From a virus (taxonomy: Duplodnaviria; Caudoviricetes): a DNA stretch of 64,000 bases. Location: the IMG/VR virus record IMGVR_UViG_3300007619_000002, positions 296 through 64,295 of that record; one strand, given 5' to 3'. Within the stretch, counting starts at the first letter, position 1; each line of letters starts with the position of its first letter. Shown here piece after piece: positions 1 to 9,051 of the stretch. Made by a program: the position numbers and the translations under genes. The notes under the pieces were generated by a model. That model saw only the letters and a list, made by a program, of their open reading frames with translations. It did no database searches and was not told the origin of the DNA.

Positions 1-759
1 GCGCTGCTGCGCATCGAAGCCGCGCAATTCGGTATTGATTTCGGGATCGGTCTGCCCGCCTGCACCGTCGATCGCGCCGATGGCCTTGGCCAGCGATGAG
101 GGATCGTTGATCGCCTTGGAGATGGTCGAGGTCTTGAGAATGCCTTCGCGGGCCTGCGCGATGCGCGCCTCGCCTTCCGCCTTGGTGATCGCCGTGCCGA
201 TGACGGAGCGCACCTCCTCTTCATAGGCGGTGAAATACTCGCCTGCATTTTCTGGGCGCGAGGTGGTCAGATTCGTGTAAGTCTCAAGCGATTTGTCGAG
301 CTTGCCAGCGGTGTAATCGCGAAGCTGGGTCTGGGCCGTATTCGACGCCCAGCGGCCGGTCTCGAAGCCGCGCTCGGCGCTCCATGTCTCGAAGTTCAGC
401 CGGGCCGCTTCAGACCCACCGGGGGTGCTTGCCTCCTCCTCGATCTTCTTGAACAGTTCAACCGGCGCGGCCTCGTAGCCAGCGCCATTAGGCTCGGCAT
501 TCAGTGCGGTTTCGCGCCGGATCGCATCATCTGCCTCAAGCACGGCGAGCTTACGTTCGGACAGCCAGCGCTGGTCCTCGACAGCCTGCTCCTTTTCGCC
601 AAGCTTGGCGAATGCGCTTCCGACCTCTTCAAGAGCGCGTTTCCACGCCGCTCCCGCGCGGCCGATGTCGTAGGCCACCATCGGATTGATTTCAGGAGGC
701 GGAGCGCTGCCTTGAACGCGAACTCGCCCAAGATCTTGCCGGGTCGGAATGTTGGGCAT
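1..759 (-). CDS. Internal virion (ejection) protein, N-terminal part; runs off left edge
   Basis: ATG at 759 (MPNIPTRQDLGRVRVQG...), open to position 1; Ala/Glu-rich helical; follows the small internal virion gene. Not in the ORF track because it has no stop in the window. Confidence 0.7.
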   Translation of the reverse strand, partial: MPNIPTRQDLGRVRVQGSAPPPEINPMVAYDIGRAGAAWKRALEEVGSAFAKLGEKEQAVEDQRWLSERKLAVLEADDAIRRETALNAEPNGAGYEAAPVELFKKIEEEASTPGGSEAARLNFETWSAERGFETGRWASNTAQTQLRDYTAGKLDKSLETYTNLTTSRPENAGEYFTAYEEEVRSVIGTAITKAEGEARIAQAREGILKTSTISKAINDPSSLAKAIGAIDGAGGQTDPEINTELRGFDAQQR

Positions 760-764
760 GGGTG

Positions 765-1250
765 TTATCCAAAGTTCATTTTGCCGATGGTGCCGAAGGC
801 ATTGCCGATGCCACCGAGAAGCGAGGCTCTCGCCTGACTGCGCGATGCAGCCGCACGGACCTTGCCTTCATAGACATCGGCCTTGCCGGATTCCTTCAGG
901 GACCGGCCCTCATTGCGCGCGGAGGCAACGGCAATTCCGGAGCGGAATTTGCCTTCCTTGATGATGTCCTGCTCCAGCAACAGGGGTGATCCGCTGCTGG
1001 TATCGACACCGATCTGCGCAAAAGCTGCGCGAGCGCGCCCGGCAAGGGATTGGGCTTCCCGCTCTTCAAGCTGCCCCTGAAGAACGCCTTCGGCCTGACG
1101 CCGGTTGGCCTCAATATTTTTCTGATGCGCGTTGAACTGGGCGATCTTTTCTTGAGCTTCAGCCTGTGCATTCAGGGCGGATGCCTGCATGACCGAGCCA
1201 GCAAGACCGGCCACGGCCGAGATGGCCATTGCTGCCATTGCCATGGGCAC
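765..1250 (-). CDS. Small internal virion/ejection protein (T7 gp14-like position)
   Basis: Hydrophobic Ala/Gly N-terminus, Ala/Gln-rich, G-VD..SGSPL motif typical of this podovirus family; synteny. Confidence 0.7.
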   Translation of the reverse strand: MPMAMAAMAISAVAGLAGSVMQASALNAQAEAQEKIAQFNAHQKNIEANRRQAEGVLQGQLEEREAQSLAGRARAAFAQIGVDTSSGSPLLLEQDIIKEGKFRSGIAVASARNEGRSLKESGKADVYEGKVRAAASRSQARASLLGGIGNAFGTIGKMNFG

Positions 1251-1266
1251 TAATCCTTGTTATGAA
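1238..1266 (+). promoter_or_regulatory. Putative sigma70 promoter for the tRNA-like RNA
   Basis: TTGCCA (1238-1243), 17 nt, TATGAA (1261-1266) with extended TG; predicted start about 1272 matches the 5' end of the RNA stem. Confidence 0.4.
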
Positions 1267-1270
1267 AATG

Positions 1271-1371
1271 GAGGGCGCTTCAAAGGTCGGCGGTCGGTGG
1301 TTCGATTCCACCCTGCGAGCTAAGGGCTCAAAGTAACTCAGATGGTTAGAGTCCGGGCTTTGGAGCGTCTC
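1271..1371 (+). ncRNA. Circularly permuted tRNA-like RNA (YrlA/Y-RNA-like architecture)
   Basis: T-arm GGTGG-TTCGATT-CCACC (1296-1312); acceptor-like stem closed by loop TAAGG (1313-1333); TA; D-arm ACTC-AGATGGTTA-GAGT (1336-1352); about 18-bp closing stem 1273-1290/1353-1370 with G-U pairs that set + orientation. Confidence 0.7.
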
Positions 1372-1916
1372 AACAGCGGCGAATTTTCCAGTTTTATGAG
1401 ATAGATCGGGTTGTCAGGATCTTGGTTGTCGATGACCGCCAGTTCCCCGCCACACCATCTGATGAACCTCTCCGACCCCTCGACCTTCCGGTCGGCGGCC
1501 GCGTAGATAGTGCCGATCCCCATGCCGTAGATGATCTCGACCGATTCAGCGAAGGCCCGGAACGCCAGCGACATATATTTGCGCATGAAATAGCCGTTCG
1601 GCCCGCCATAGAAGAAGGCGATGGCGACACACTGCCCGTCGGCATTCTCATCGAAATAGCAGCCGCCGAACCCCAGCGGCGTGCCGTCCGCGGCAACCAG
1701 CGTGCGCCCGAGCGCCCGGCCGTTGAGCTTCTCCGCTTCTTCCTTGGGTAGAAAATAGGTAAAATGCCACGGTTCGATCTGAATGATCCGCGGCGATCCC
1801 TCAGCGTTCGTTGGTCTGGATATTGGGGATAAGGGCCTTGATGGTTGCGGGTCCGCAATTGCCCGTCGCGATAATGATCCGGGGGTCGTCTTCGAACCGG
1901 CCGTTGAACGGAACAT
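1338..1916 (-). CDS. Putative GNAT-like virion-associated protein (T7 gp13-like position); start uncertain
   Basis: Position after the tail nozzle gene; 'SERFIRWCGG' resembles the GNAT C-terminal motif; the in-frame ATG overlaps the upstream gene by about 115 nt. Confidence 0.45.
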   Translation of the reverse strand: MFRSTAGSKTTPGSLSRRAIADPQPSRPLSPISRPTNAEGSPRIIQIEPWHFTYFLPKEEAEKLNGRALGRTLVAADGTPLGFGGCYFDENADGQCVAIAFFYGGPNGYFMRKYMSLAFRAFAESVEIIYGMGIGTIYAAADRKVEGSERFIRWCGGELAVIDNQDPDNPIYLIKLENSPLLRRSKARTLTI

Positions 1917-4812
1917 GAGCCTCTCCGGTGTAAAGCCGCGGCGAATTGCCGATGAAGCTGGGGGCGGACTGCTTGACCAGCGGTTCCAGCTTGCCGAACT
2001 TATCGCCCATGAAGAGCGTATCGGCCGACCGGGAGATCAACAGCCCCATGGTATTGACCCGCTTCTTCTGGGTGACGGCCGTTCCCTTTTGTCCGCCATA
2101 AGCCAGCTTCAGACTGACCCAGAGCGATTCGAACGACAGACCGACAAAGATCCGTGAGGCTGACACACCGCTTGGCAGAGCGACCTCGCCGGAAGAGACG
2201 ACCGCGGTGCCCTGATAGGTCAGATCGGCCCAGATCTGCACGGTCATGCCCTCCAGATGATCAAGTCCGGTGACGGATGTAACCGCCGTTGCAATCCCCC
2301 AGCGCCCCGGCGCGATCGCGCGCGCCTCGCGCGCCCCGGTCATGGAATTGGTCTTGCCGAGCAGCGGATAGACAATCGTGCCGGTGATCGAGGTGGCGCT
2401 GTTGTAGGTGTCGATCGTGATCCGGCCGCCATCGACCCAGAGGACATTGCCCTCATCAGACATGGAAAACACATCATCCGGCGACGTCACCGTGACGGCA
2501 CCGATGCTGATGGACGATGGCGTGATCGCCCCATCCGGCCGGGAAATATCGGTCTCCAGCATGGAATCGAGGTGGACCAGATCCTCATCATTCAGGATCA
2601 CTTCGGAGCGCATCCGCTCAAGCATACGAACGAATGTGCCGTCAATATTGCGCCTGACGATAAAGTAAACCGCATCTTCATCGGACTCGCGCAGCACGGC
2701 CACATCCTCGATGACCCCATCAGTGCGCATGGTGGTCCAACAGACGATCTCTTCTTCGCGGCGGAATAGCGCCGTCTTGACCAGACCGTTTTTCAGGACC
2801 ACGAAAATTCGTCGTTCCGGCTCCTGCTGGACCACCATGTTGATGATGCCGTCTTCGCAAATGTCCGGATTGAGGCGCGTCAGATCGACGGAGATGAAGC
2901 TGTCCGGCGACAGAGCGCGCGAGTTGTGCGTGAACTGCATGACCCGGCGACCATTGCGATGCACATAAAGGATCGATTCGCCGCCGACCTCCGCCTCGAT
3001 GGTCGCCGCGCCTTCCTCTCCTTGCAGGGATGGCTCCGTGGTTGACGGGCCGATCGGCTCATTGGGCGAGGTCGAGCGGATCACATACTCTTCATTGCGC
3101 GTGCCAAGGCACAGGAAATCCAGCTCGCGCATCCAGCGTACACCTTCCGCGCTCTTGGAGCGCAAGGTTATGGCAATGGCGTTGTCGGCCTCGGTGCCCT
3201 GCTCGAAGGAGAAATAGTCATCAGGGACAGAGGCCCAGAGCTGCCTGCGCCGCGCCGTCCATAAACGGCCATTGGCAAAGGCGACGATGTCGGGATATTC
3301 GAACTCTGCACTCCATGGTGAAATATCCCAAATGTCGGATGCGCCTGCCTGCGAAAATGGCTCAAGGACCTCGATCGAGACCGTTGTGGCATTGGTGAAT
3401 TCGGTGATCCGGGCAATCCCGGATTGTGATCCGCCCTCCGTCGAGATCTGAAGCGTGGCGCTTCCGGACGTCCAGTCACCGGGCTTGACCACCAGCCGGT
3501 AATAGACCGTGGTGTTGTCGAGACGGCCATAATTGGCCGCATCGTCTTCCGAGGTCACATCATAGACAGCATCTGATGATCCGGCCTTGTTGCCGCTGTC
3601 CTGAGAGGCGCTGTAACTGTCATTGTAGGTTTCGCTGCTGGCGGCCGTGAAGGTGATGACGTCGGAAAAATCGTTCTGATTGGTGACGGAACGCTGGAGC
3701 GTAATGGTTCCAGAAAATGTCCCTGTAATGGTAACGTCGAAAATTCGATCGATGCCGATCCCGGCCACCTTGATCGCGTCGGTGTAGACCGAATCATCGA
3801 TCACCGTGGCCTCAATGAACTGACCCGAATGCGTGACCCGCAACAAGCGCCTGACATCATCCGCGGAAAAATAATTCACCTCGGAGGTCATCGTTCCGTT
3901 GCCGGATCTGACGCTGGGGGTCATCTGAATTGTCGGGTCGCCGAACTCCAGCGGCCCATCATCGGGCTCAAAATAGATCATCGACCACGATCTATGTCCG
4001 CGCCGTTCCAGAACGCGAGGGGCATAGTCCCGATGGAACATATAAAGCCGATCGCCATCCTGTGCCGTCGAGACCCCCCTCAGATCTTCCTCGGTCCATG
4101 GCGAGCTGATCGTGTAGAGACTTTCCGCAGTGACGATGGCCAGATCGTCGACGGTCTTTGTCGATGCATTGGCAGCGTGAGAGATCTCGATGTGATGCGT
4201 TCCGGTCGAAGTTGGGAGAAACTCGATCTGATGCAGGCCGCGAGCCAGCCCTGTGGCTGTCGCCAGACCCCCGGTTCCAGCGGCCGTACCGATGCGCAGA
4301 TCGACAGGGCCGTTGGAGACCATGAACCGCAAGACGTGAACCGTGTCGTCCTCATTGACCGTGAAGGTCGTGCGCGCCCGTGCGGCACCTGCGCCATTCG
4401 AGGTCAGGAACATCTGACCACCGGTGGCCCCGGCCGAACTTCCGGTCTCGGAATTGTCGGTCCAGCCGGTGAAATTGCTGAAATTGCCATTCGAGATCGA
4501 GGCCGTCACGGTGGGGAAGTCGAGCGCCCCGTCGTTCAGATAGAACGAGATCTTGTTTTCGACCACGATCAGCATATAGTTCTGACCAACATCGAACTCG
4601 AAGCGCTTGAGGATGCCTTTCAGAGCTGAATTCTCGAAGGAATCGATGTACTGCAAAGGCGGACGCCGGAACATCGGCCCCTGCGCACGCGGCCACCAAT
4701 TCTCGGACAACTCGCAAGCAGCCTGATAGCTCTCGATGTCGACGCGGGCGGACATGGCATCGCCAAATTCACCGCCCGCAAATGTCTGGATATAGGCGTT
4801 AAGATTGGCCAT
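1801..4812 (-). CDS. Tail tubular protein B / nozzle (T7 gp12-like)
   Basis: 1003 aa; N-terminal F.GGE..AR.D...Y motif, beta-rich, C-terminal 'GLDHLEG..V'; synteny. Confidence 0.85.
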   Translation of the reverse strand: MANLNAYIQTFAGGEFGDAMSARVDIESYQAACELSENWWPRAQGPMFRRPPLQYIDSFENSALKGILKRFEFDVGQNYMLIVVENKISFYLNDGALDFPTVTASISNGNFSNFTGWTDNSETGSSAGATGGQMFLTSNGAGAARARTTFTVNEDDTVHVLRFMVSNGPVDLRIGTAAGTGGLATATGLARGLHQIEFLPTSTGTHHIEISHAANASTKTVDDLAIVTAESLYTISSPWTEEDLRGVSTAQDGDRLYMFHRDYAPRVLERRGHRSWSMIYFEPDDGPLEFGDPTIQMTPSVRSGNGTMTSEVNYFSADDVRRLLRVTHSGQFIEATVIDDSVYTDAIKVAGIGIDRIFDVTITGTFSGTITLQRSVTNQNDFSDVITFTAASSETYNDSYSASQDSGNKAGSSDAVYDVTSEDDAANYGRLDNTTVYYRLVVKPGDWTSGSATLQISTEGGSQSGIARITEFTNATTVSIEVLEPFSQAGASDIWDISPWSAEFEYPDIVAFANGRLWTARRRQLWASVPDDYFSFEQGTEADNAIAITLRSKSAEGVRWMRELDFLCLGTRNEEYVIRSTSPNEPIGPSTTEPSLQGEEGAATIEAEVGGESILYVHRNGRRVMQFTHNSRALSPDSFISVDLTRLNPDICEDGIINMVVQQEPERRIFVVLKNGLVKTALFRREEEIVCWTTMRTDGVIEDVAVLRESDEDAVYFIVRRNIDGTFVRMLERMRSEVILNDEDLVHLDSMLETDISRPDGAITPSSISIGAVTVTSPDDVFSMSDEGNVLWVDGGRITIDTYNSATSITGTIVYPLLGKTNSMTGAREARAIAPGRWGIATAVTSVTGLDHLEGMTVQIWADLTYQGTAVVSSGEVALPSGVSASRIFVGLSFESLWVSLKLAYGGQKGTAVTQKKRVNTMGLLISRSADTLFMGDKFGKLEPLVKQSAPSFIGNSPRLYTGEAHVPFNGRFEDDPRIIIATGNCGPATIKALIPNIQTNER

Positions 4813-4823
4813 GGAGATAACCT

Positions 4824-5087
4824 ATGAGCGGGATATATATTCAATGCAATGAATGCAAATCAACATTCGACGGTGACTATCCGGATCACAAAGGGATTTA
4901 TCGCTTTTATGGATACAGGTGGGGCGAACAAGCAATGCTAGCCGACGAAGCCAGAGCGAAGGGTTGGATGGTCTCTTCAAGATTGAGCTGGGACAGCTAC
5001 GATCTCTGCCCTGAATGTGTCAGGCATTCCGACGCAAATTCGATCCACGACCGCTCATTCGGGCCTCGTTCCACGGTGAGCGGATGA
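4824..5087 (+). CDS. Small Zn-finger protein on the opposite strand
   Basis: CNEC...CPEC pairs; fills the 200-nt gap between tail genes; lower GC. Confidence 0.5.
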   Translation: MSGIYIQCNECKSTFDGDYPDHKGIYRFYGYRWGEQAMLADEARAKGWMVSSRLSWDSYDLCPECVRHSDANSIHDRSFGPRSTVSG

Positions 5088-5640
5088 TGCGACGCCTTGA
5101 TGGCTGACCCTGACTGTCGACCGAGCGGGCCTCGGGCAAGGTCTCCCGCTTGAACATCCGCATCAGATCCGCCTTGACGTCCTTGGCGTGGGTAAGCTGC
5201 ATCACGGCATGAATGGCGAGCTGGACGCCGACGCAATCGGCGAAATAGGCAGGCCAGATGCCCTCTGACCATTCTCCCGACACATATTCCATGAAGACAG
5301 TTTCCGCATCCGTCTGGATGTCGCCATCGGCATTTTGAAATTCGTCGATGGTCGCGCGCATGTCGGAATATTCCGACACATTGCAAAGCCGCCTGTAATG
5401 AGGCGGCTTTGCATAAGCGTAGGCATATCGCGTGACCGGGGTTTCCGATCGCCGCTGAAGCTGATAGTTCTGCCGCGCCCAGATCCAGTCATGCGACTCG
5501 TAAGTCCGCCGCACGGCATGGGCATAGTAGCGCTTCAGGACAATGGCATCCAGGTCCTGCGAATCATTAATATCGCTGATCTCCCGATCGCCAAGGTGGC
5601 CCATGGCCAGATTTCCGATCAGCGTCTGGGTATAGGACAT
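5020..5640 (-). CDS. Tail tubular protein A / head-tail adaptor (T7 gp11-like)
   Basis: I.NLA..HLG...I, H.W.WA, Y.YAY..P motifs; upstream of nozzle. Confidence 0.85.
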   Translation of the reverse strand: MSYTQTLIGNLAMGHLGDREISDINDSQDLDAIVLKRYYAHAVRRTYESHDWIWARQNYQLQRRSETPVTRYAYAYAKPPHYRRLCNVSEYSDMRATIDEFQNADGDIQTDAETVFMEYVSGEWSEGIWPAYFADCVGVQLAIHAVMQLTHAKDVKADLMRMFKRETLPEARSVDSQGQPSRRRIIRSPWNEARMSGRGSNLRRNA

Positions 5641-5646
5641 ATGACG

Positions 5647-6168
5647 TCACTCCGTATCGAAGTCGAAGATCTTGATATTCTTCGCGAATTGTCGCGTCGG
5701 CATGTGTGCGGGCGCGGGTATGAACTTTGCGTTTTCGTACATGATGGCGATGGCGCGCTCCGCGTCGTCTTTCGAGGCATATTGAATGCCGACCAGCTCG
5801 CCCTTGGCTGTGATTATGGAATGTCCACCGCCGCGGGACGTCCGCCACCGATGGGCAAGGCCCGGATCATTGACAACGTCCTCGCGTGGCTTCACGACTG
5901 GAAGTGCGTGCAAACGCTCCATCTTCGAGAGGCCAACCGTGAGAGCTTTCTTGTCGATGAAGTCGACCCGGACAATGATAACCTGATCTTCGGCGTCGGT
6001 GATCGTGATATAATCACCGTTCTTCAAGATGGCATGACAGCCGCCGAAGAACTCATCATTCAACATCTCGTCAAGAAGGTATTCATCGGCATCGTAATCG
6101 TATCGAGCCCGCGCATGGGCTGAAGACCACAGCTTAAGGTCTTTCTCTTTTGCTCTCAATATCGTCAT
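5647..6168 (-). CDS. Hypothetical protein
   Basis: ORF with ATG at 6168 (MTILRAKEKD), tightly packed in operon. Confidence 0.6.
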   Translation of the reverse strand: MTILRAKEKDLKLWSSAHARARYDYDADEYLLDEMLNDEFFGGCHAILKNGDYITITDAEDQVIIVRVDFIDKKALTVGLSKMERLHALPVVKPREDVVNDPGLAHRWRTSRGGGHSIITAKGELVGIQYASKDDAERAIAIMYENAKFIPAPAHMPTRQFAKNIKIFDFDTE

Positions 6169-6907
6169 GCTTTTCCCAGTTCTCTTGAATCCATGAATAT
6201 TTGTCTTGTAAGTGCTTCTGGCTCGGGTCCTCCTTGCCATGAAAGAAGACGATCCGCGCATCGAAGATCATGGCACGATGTCTCAAAATATCATTCTTGA
6301 AGCTCATCACACCGTCCCGGCTGGTCCATGTGGCCTCGCCGGGGCCGAGCACATGAGCGATCACGGCCTGATCGGAGCCCAGAATGTGACCGGCCTTGCG
6401 CACGGCCGGATCGTACCAATGCACGCCGCCAGAGCGATTGAACTTGCCACTCGACCGTCTGACCAGCCGGTCCGGATCAAAGAAATCCCGAACCTGCGAC
6501 CGGCAGCCTGCATTCATCATGAACATCGAGCCGCAATAGAGCGAAGACGAACCGTTCTTCCAGATGATGAAGTCCTCCGGACGGGTGAGGATCGGGTTCA
6601 TGTCGCCCATGACCACGGCGTCGAGATCGATCGAACAGAAGCGCTCACCGATCATGTCGCGCATCCGGGGGTGAAACAGCTCAAGCCGAACATAGCAGCC
6701 CCCCTTCTCGCGTACGCCGTCATTCCAGATCGGGTGCACGATGACACTGCCGTCGACGCCTTCGGGGTCGTCGGTGATCAGGTGGTAGCGAACTTTCAGA
6801 TTGGTGTTGCGGTCGATACCTGCGACGAGATTGTTCACATGGGCACTGGTATACGGCACACGTCCCCACCCCGTGCTGGCCCATTTCATCATGACGATAT
6901 TGATCAC
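6134..6907 (-). CDS. Glycosyltransferase (GT-A, GT8-like)
   Basis: MKW...Y...VN.L N-terminus, LITDD, IDLD (DxD), GSMF, GSDQ, FFHG..DP motifs; GTG start overlaps upstream TGA. Confidence 0.8.
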   Translation of the reverse strand: MINIVMMKWASTGWGRVPYTSAHVNNLVAGIDRNTNLKVRYHLITDDPEGVDGSVIVHPIWNDGVREKGGCYVRLELFHPRMRDMIGERFCSIDLDAVVMGDMNPILTRPEDFIIWKNGSSSLYCGSMFMMNAGCRSQVRDFFDPDRLVRRSSGKFNRSGGVHWYDPAVRKAGHILGSDQAVIAHVLGPGEATWTSRDGVMSFKNDILRHRAMIFDARIVFFHGKEDPSQKHLQDKYSWIQENWEKHDDIESKRERP

Positions 6908-7506
6908 ATCGCCAGCAGCGTGATGACACCGCTCCGGCTGGATGGCAGCGTGACCACCGTCTCGAAGACATTCGCGTGCAGCTCCTGTCGCCACCATTGC
7001 TCCCTTTCGATGATGAGATGCGCATCGCGGCCGTCGGACAGCCTGCGCGTCGATGGCGTGACGCCGATCGTGCAGAAGAAGGCGTGCGCCGTGCAGCCGC
7101 GTATGGTCTCCAGAACCCCTTCGAGCTGGTCGGGCTCGATGTGCTCCAGAACGTCGGTGGCGACGACCAGATCGAACAACCCCTCGACCGGAAACCGATC
7201 CTTGCCCTCGATGGCCGGATCATACTCCGACCACCGCGGGTAATCCGCGATCGGTGAAATGCTCTTGCGCCGGATGCGATCGGTGAACCGACCTGTCTGC
7301 GGCAGAGCGGACCGCCGCTTGTACATCAACGCCTCGACCGCAGGTTTGAGGCTGCCCTTGCCGCAGCCGAAATCAAGAATCTTCTTCGGCCGGAACAGGT
7401 TGATCAGCGCATAGACCTGCTCGGCATTGCGCGCACCGCACGCGCCATAATCGGCAATTTCCTGATGCAGGCGCTTGTTTTCCTCGATATATTCAGGCGA
7501 GATCAT
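6904..7506 (-). CDS. Class I SAM-dependent methyltransferase
   Basis: ILDFGCGKG motif I, YDP, FDLVVATDVLEHI. Confidence 0.85.
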   Translation of the reverse strand: MISPEYIEENKRLHQEIADYGACGARNAEQVYALINLFRPKKILDFGCGKGSLKPAVEALMYKRRSALPQTGRFTDRIRRKSISPIADYPRWSEYDPAIEGKDRFPVEGLFDLVVATDVLEHIEPDQLEGVLETIRGCTAHAFFCTIGVTPSTRRLSDGRDAHLIIEREQWWRQELHANVFETVVTLPSSRSGVITLLAM

Positions 7507-8092
7507 TGTTCACCTTTTCGATCTCGATCATCCATGTATGATCGTGCCCTGCTTCCCAGCCGGGCAGCAGCTCATCAAGCGCCTTGTTCACACCGGGAAA
7601 CGGAGGATTATTCGCATCATGCCCCAGCAACATGCCGCCTTCGCGGATCTTGGGAGCCCAGCGCAAGATGTCGTTTTTGACCCCCTCGTAAGTGTGATCG
7701 GCATCGATAAAAACGAAATCGATCGATTGGGGGGCGACAAAATCAGCAGCGCGATCCGTCGTCATCCGCATGATTTCACAGCGATCGACGGCATCGAGTT
7801 CTGCAATACGGCGCTGGATCGTTTGCAGATAGGCGTCCAGATCATCTTCCTCGTAGGAGCGAAAGCCTTCGGGCGAGGGAACGTCTGCTTCCTGAACGTG
7901 CGGCGTCCACGTGTCGACAGCGAGCATATGCAGCTCTTTGAACCGCGCGAGCTGGTATATGAGGGTCATCCCCTTGTAGACGCCAAGTTCGGCCCCGTGT
8001 GTCCAGCCTTTCGCTTCGATCTGCTGGGCGAGCACCTTCCAGCGCCGGGGCTTAAACTTCTCCCGCTTCGGAATCTTCGACATCATGGCCAT
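7493..8092 (-). CDS. SAM-dependent methyltransferase (Methyltransf_24-like)
   Basis: GAELGVYKG, AVDTW, IDFVFIDADHTYE, GG.L.GHD motifs. Confidence 0.85.
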   Translation of the reverse strand: MAMMSKIPKREKFKPRRWKVLAQQIEAKGWTHGAELGVYKGMTLIYQLARFKELHMLAVDTWTPHVQEADVPSPEGFRSYEEDDLDAYLQTIQRRIAELDAVDRCEIMRMTTDRAADFVAPQSIDFVFIDADHTYEGVKNDILRWAPKIREGGMLLGHDANNPPFPGVNKALDELLPGWEAGHDHTWMIEIEKVNNDLA

Positions 8093-8696
8093 CTCTATTG
8101 GGTTCACCACCAAATTTCTCCATCGTGAATCCGGACATCGAAATGACGCCCTCGTGATACTCCACATCCAGCTCGATCGCCTTTTGATAGGCGCGAACAT
8201 TGCCGTCGCGGCCCCAATCCCGCGTCACGGCGCGCAAGGCATAGCCGCCCTTGGAGACCGGCACCCCGCACAGCACCACCTTATCGAAGCCCATCAGCTT
8301 GGCCAAGCGCCGCGCGCCCCAGCCCGATGAGCCCGGCGTGCGCGCCTCTGGCCACCAATAATCGACATGCCGCTGCCAGTCGGGGCGCGGCTTGCCAAGC
8401 TTGTTCAGGCGGCCCAGATCCCCGGAGGAATGCGTGGTGAAGTCATCGTTCATCTCGCGCTGCATGTCCGCCCATTTGCCCATCTTGATCGGGTGCAGCG
8501 AAAACAGGAAATCGGCGGGCACGAGGCCCGCTGCATAATTGACCGCGATCACCTTGGCCGTTGGAAACAGCCGCCGTGCCCGATTGAAATCGTTCCGGAG
8601 CGTCCACGCACTGCCGCAGACAATCACGGTTCCGGATTGAGGTGGGAAGGGAGGAAGATCCCCCCTTCCCTTCTGGTAGTGCCGATCAATCGCCAT
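8052..8696 (-). CDS. Putative glycosyltransferase (sialyltransferase/MptE-like Rossmann fold)
   Basis: VIVCGSA, VIAVN, GSSG..A..LA..MGF.KVVLCGV motifs. Confidence 0.6.
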   Translation of the reverse strand: MAIDRHYQKGRGDLPPFPPQSGTVIVCGSAWTLRNDFNRARRLFPTAKVIAVNYAAGLVPADFLFSLHPIKMGKWADMQREMNDDFTTHSSGDLGRLNKLGKPRPDWQRHVDYWWPEARTPGSSGWGARRLAKLMGFDKVVLCGVPVSKGGYALRAVTRDWGRDGNVRAYQKAIELDVEYHEGVISMSGFTMEKFGGEPNRDGHDVEDSEAGEV

Positions 8697-9039
8697 AGCT
8701 GAGGTTCGCACCGAGCAGGTCGGGGGACAAGTCCACAACCGTTCCGGAGTTCTCCAAAACCATGTGCAGTGACACATCCGCCATACCAAGGGCCATGTCC
8801 TGCTGGTGATTGAGGGCATCCGAGATTGCATCCGCAATCCAGCAGATGACCAGATCACCCACGTTGAGCGTGTCGATCAGCTCCTGCGCCGTGATGTAGC
8901 CGGAGCCGTCGACCGTGGCGGCCGGATCAGCCGTGAGATAACCCCACAACTGAACACCGTTCCCCATGGCCATGATATTCCAGAAATACTGCTTGTTCTG
9001 GATACCTGTCGTGGAGGTCGATTTAAGCTTGAACGTCAT
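8686..9039 (-). CDS. Virion protein (possible capsid decoration)
   Basis: Immediately after the MCP; Y.T.D....V..SGY...L.VGD motif; SD GAGGAGG. Confidence 0.55.
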   Translation of the reverse strand: MTFKLKSTSTTGIQNKQYFWNIMAMGNGVQLWGYLTADPAATVDGSGYITAQELIDTLNVGDLVICWIADAISDALNHQQDMALGMADVSLHMVLENSGTVVDLSPDLLGANLSYGD

Positions 9040-9051
9040 CGCATCCTCCTC

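Noticed and set aside
1276-1290. CTTCAAA as a Sec/opal-suppressor anticodon loop
   Set aside because: Flanks do not form an anticodon stem; these bases pair in the long stem with 1353-1370
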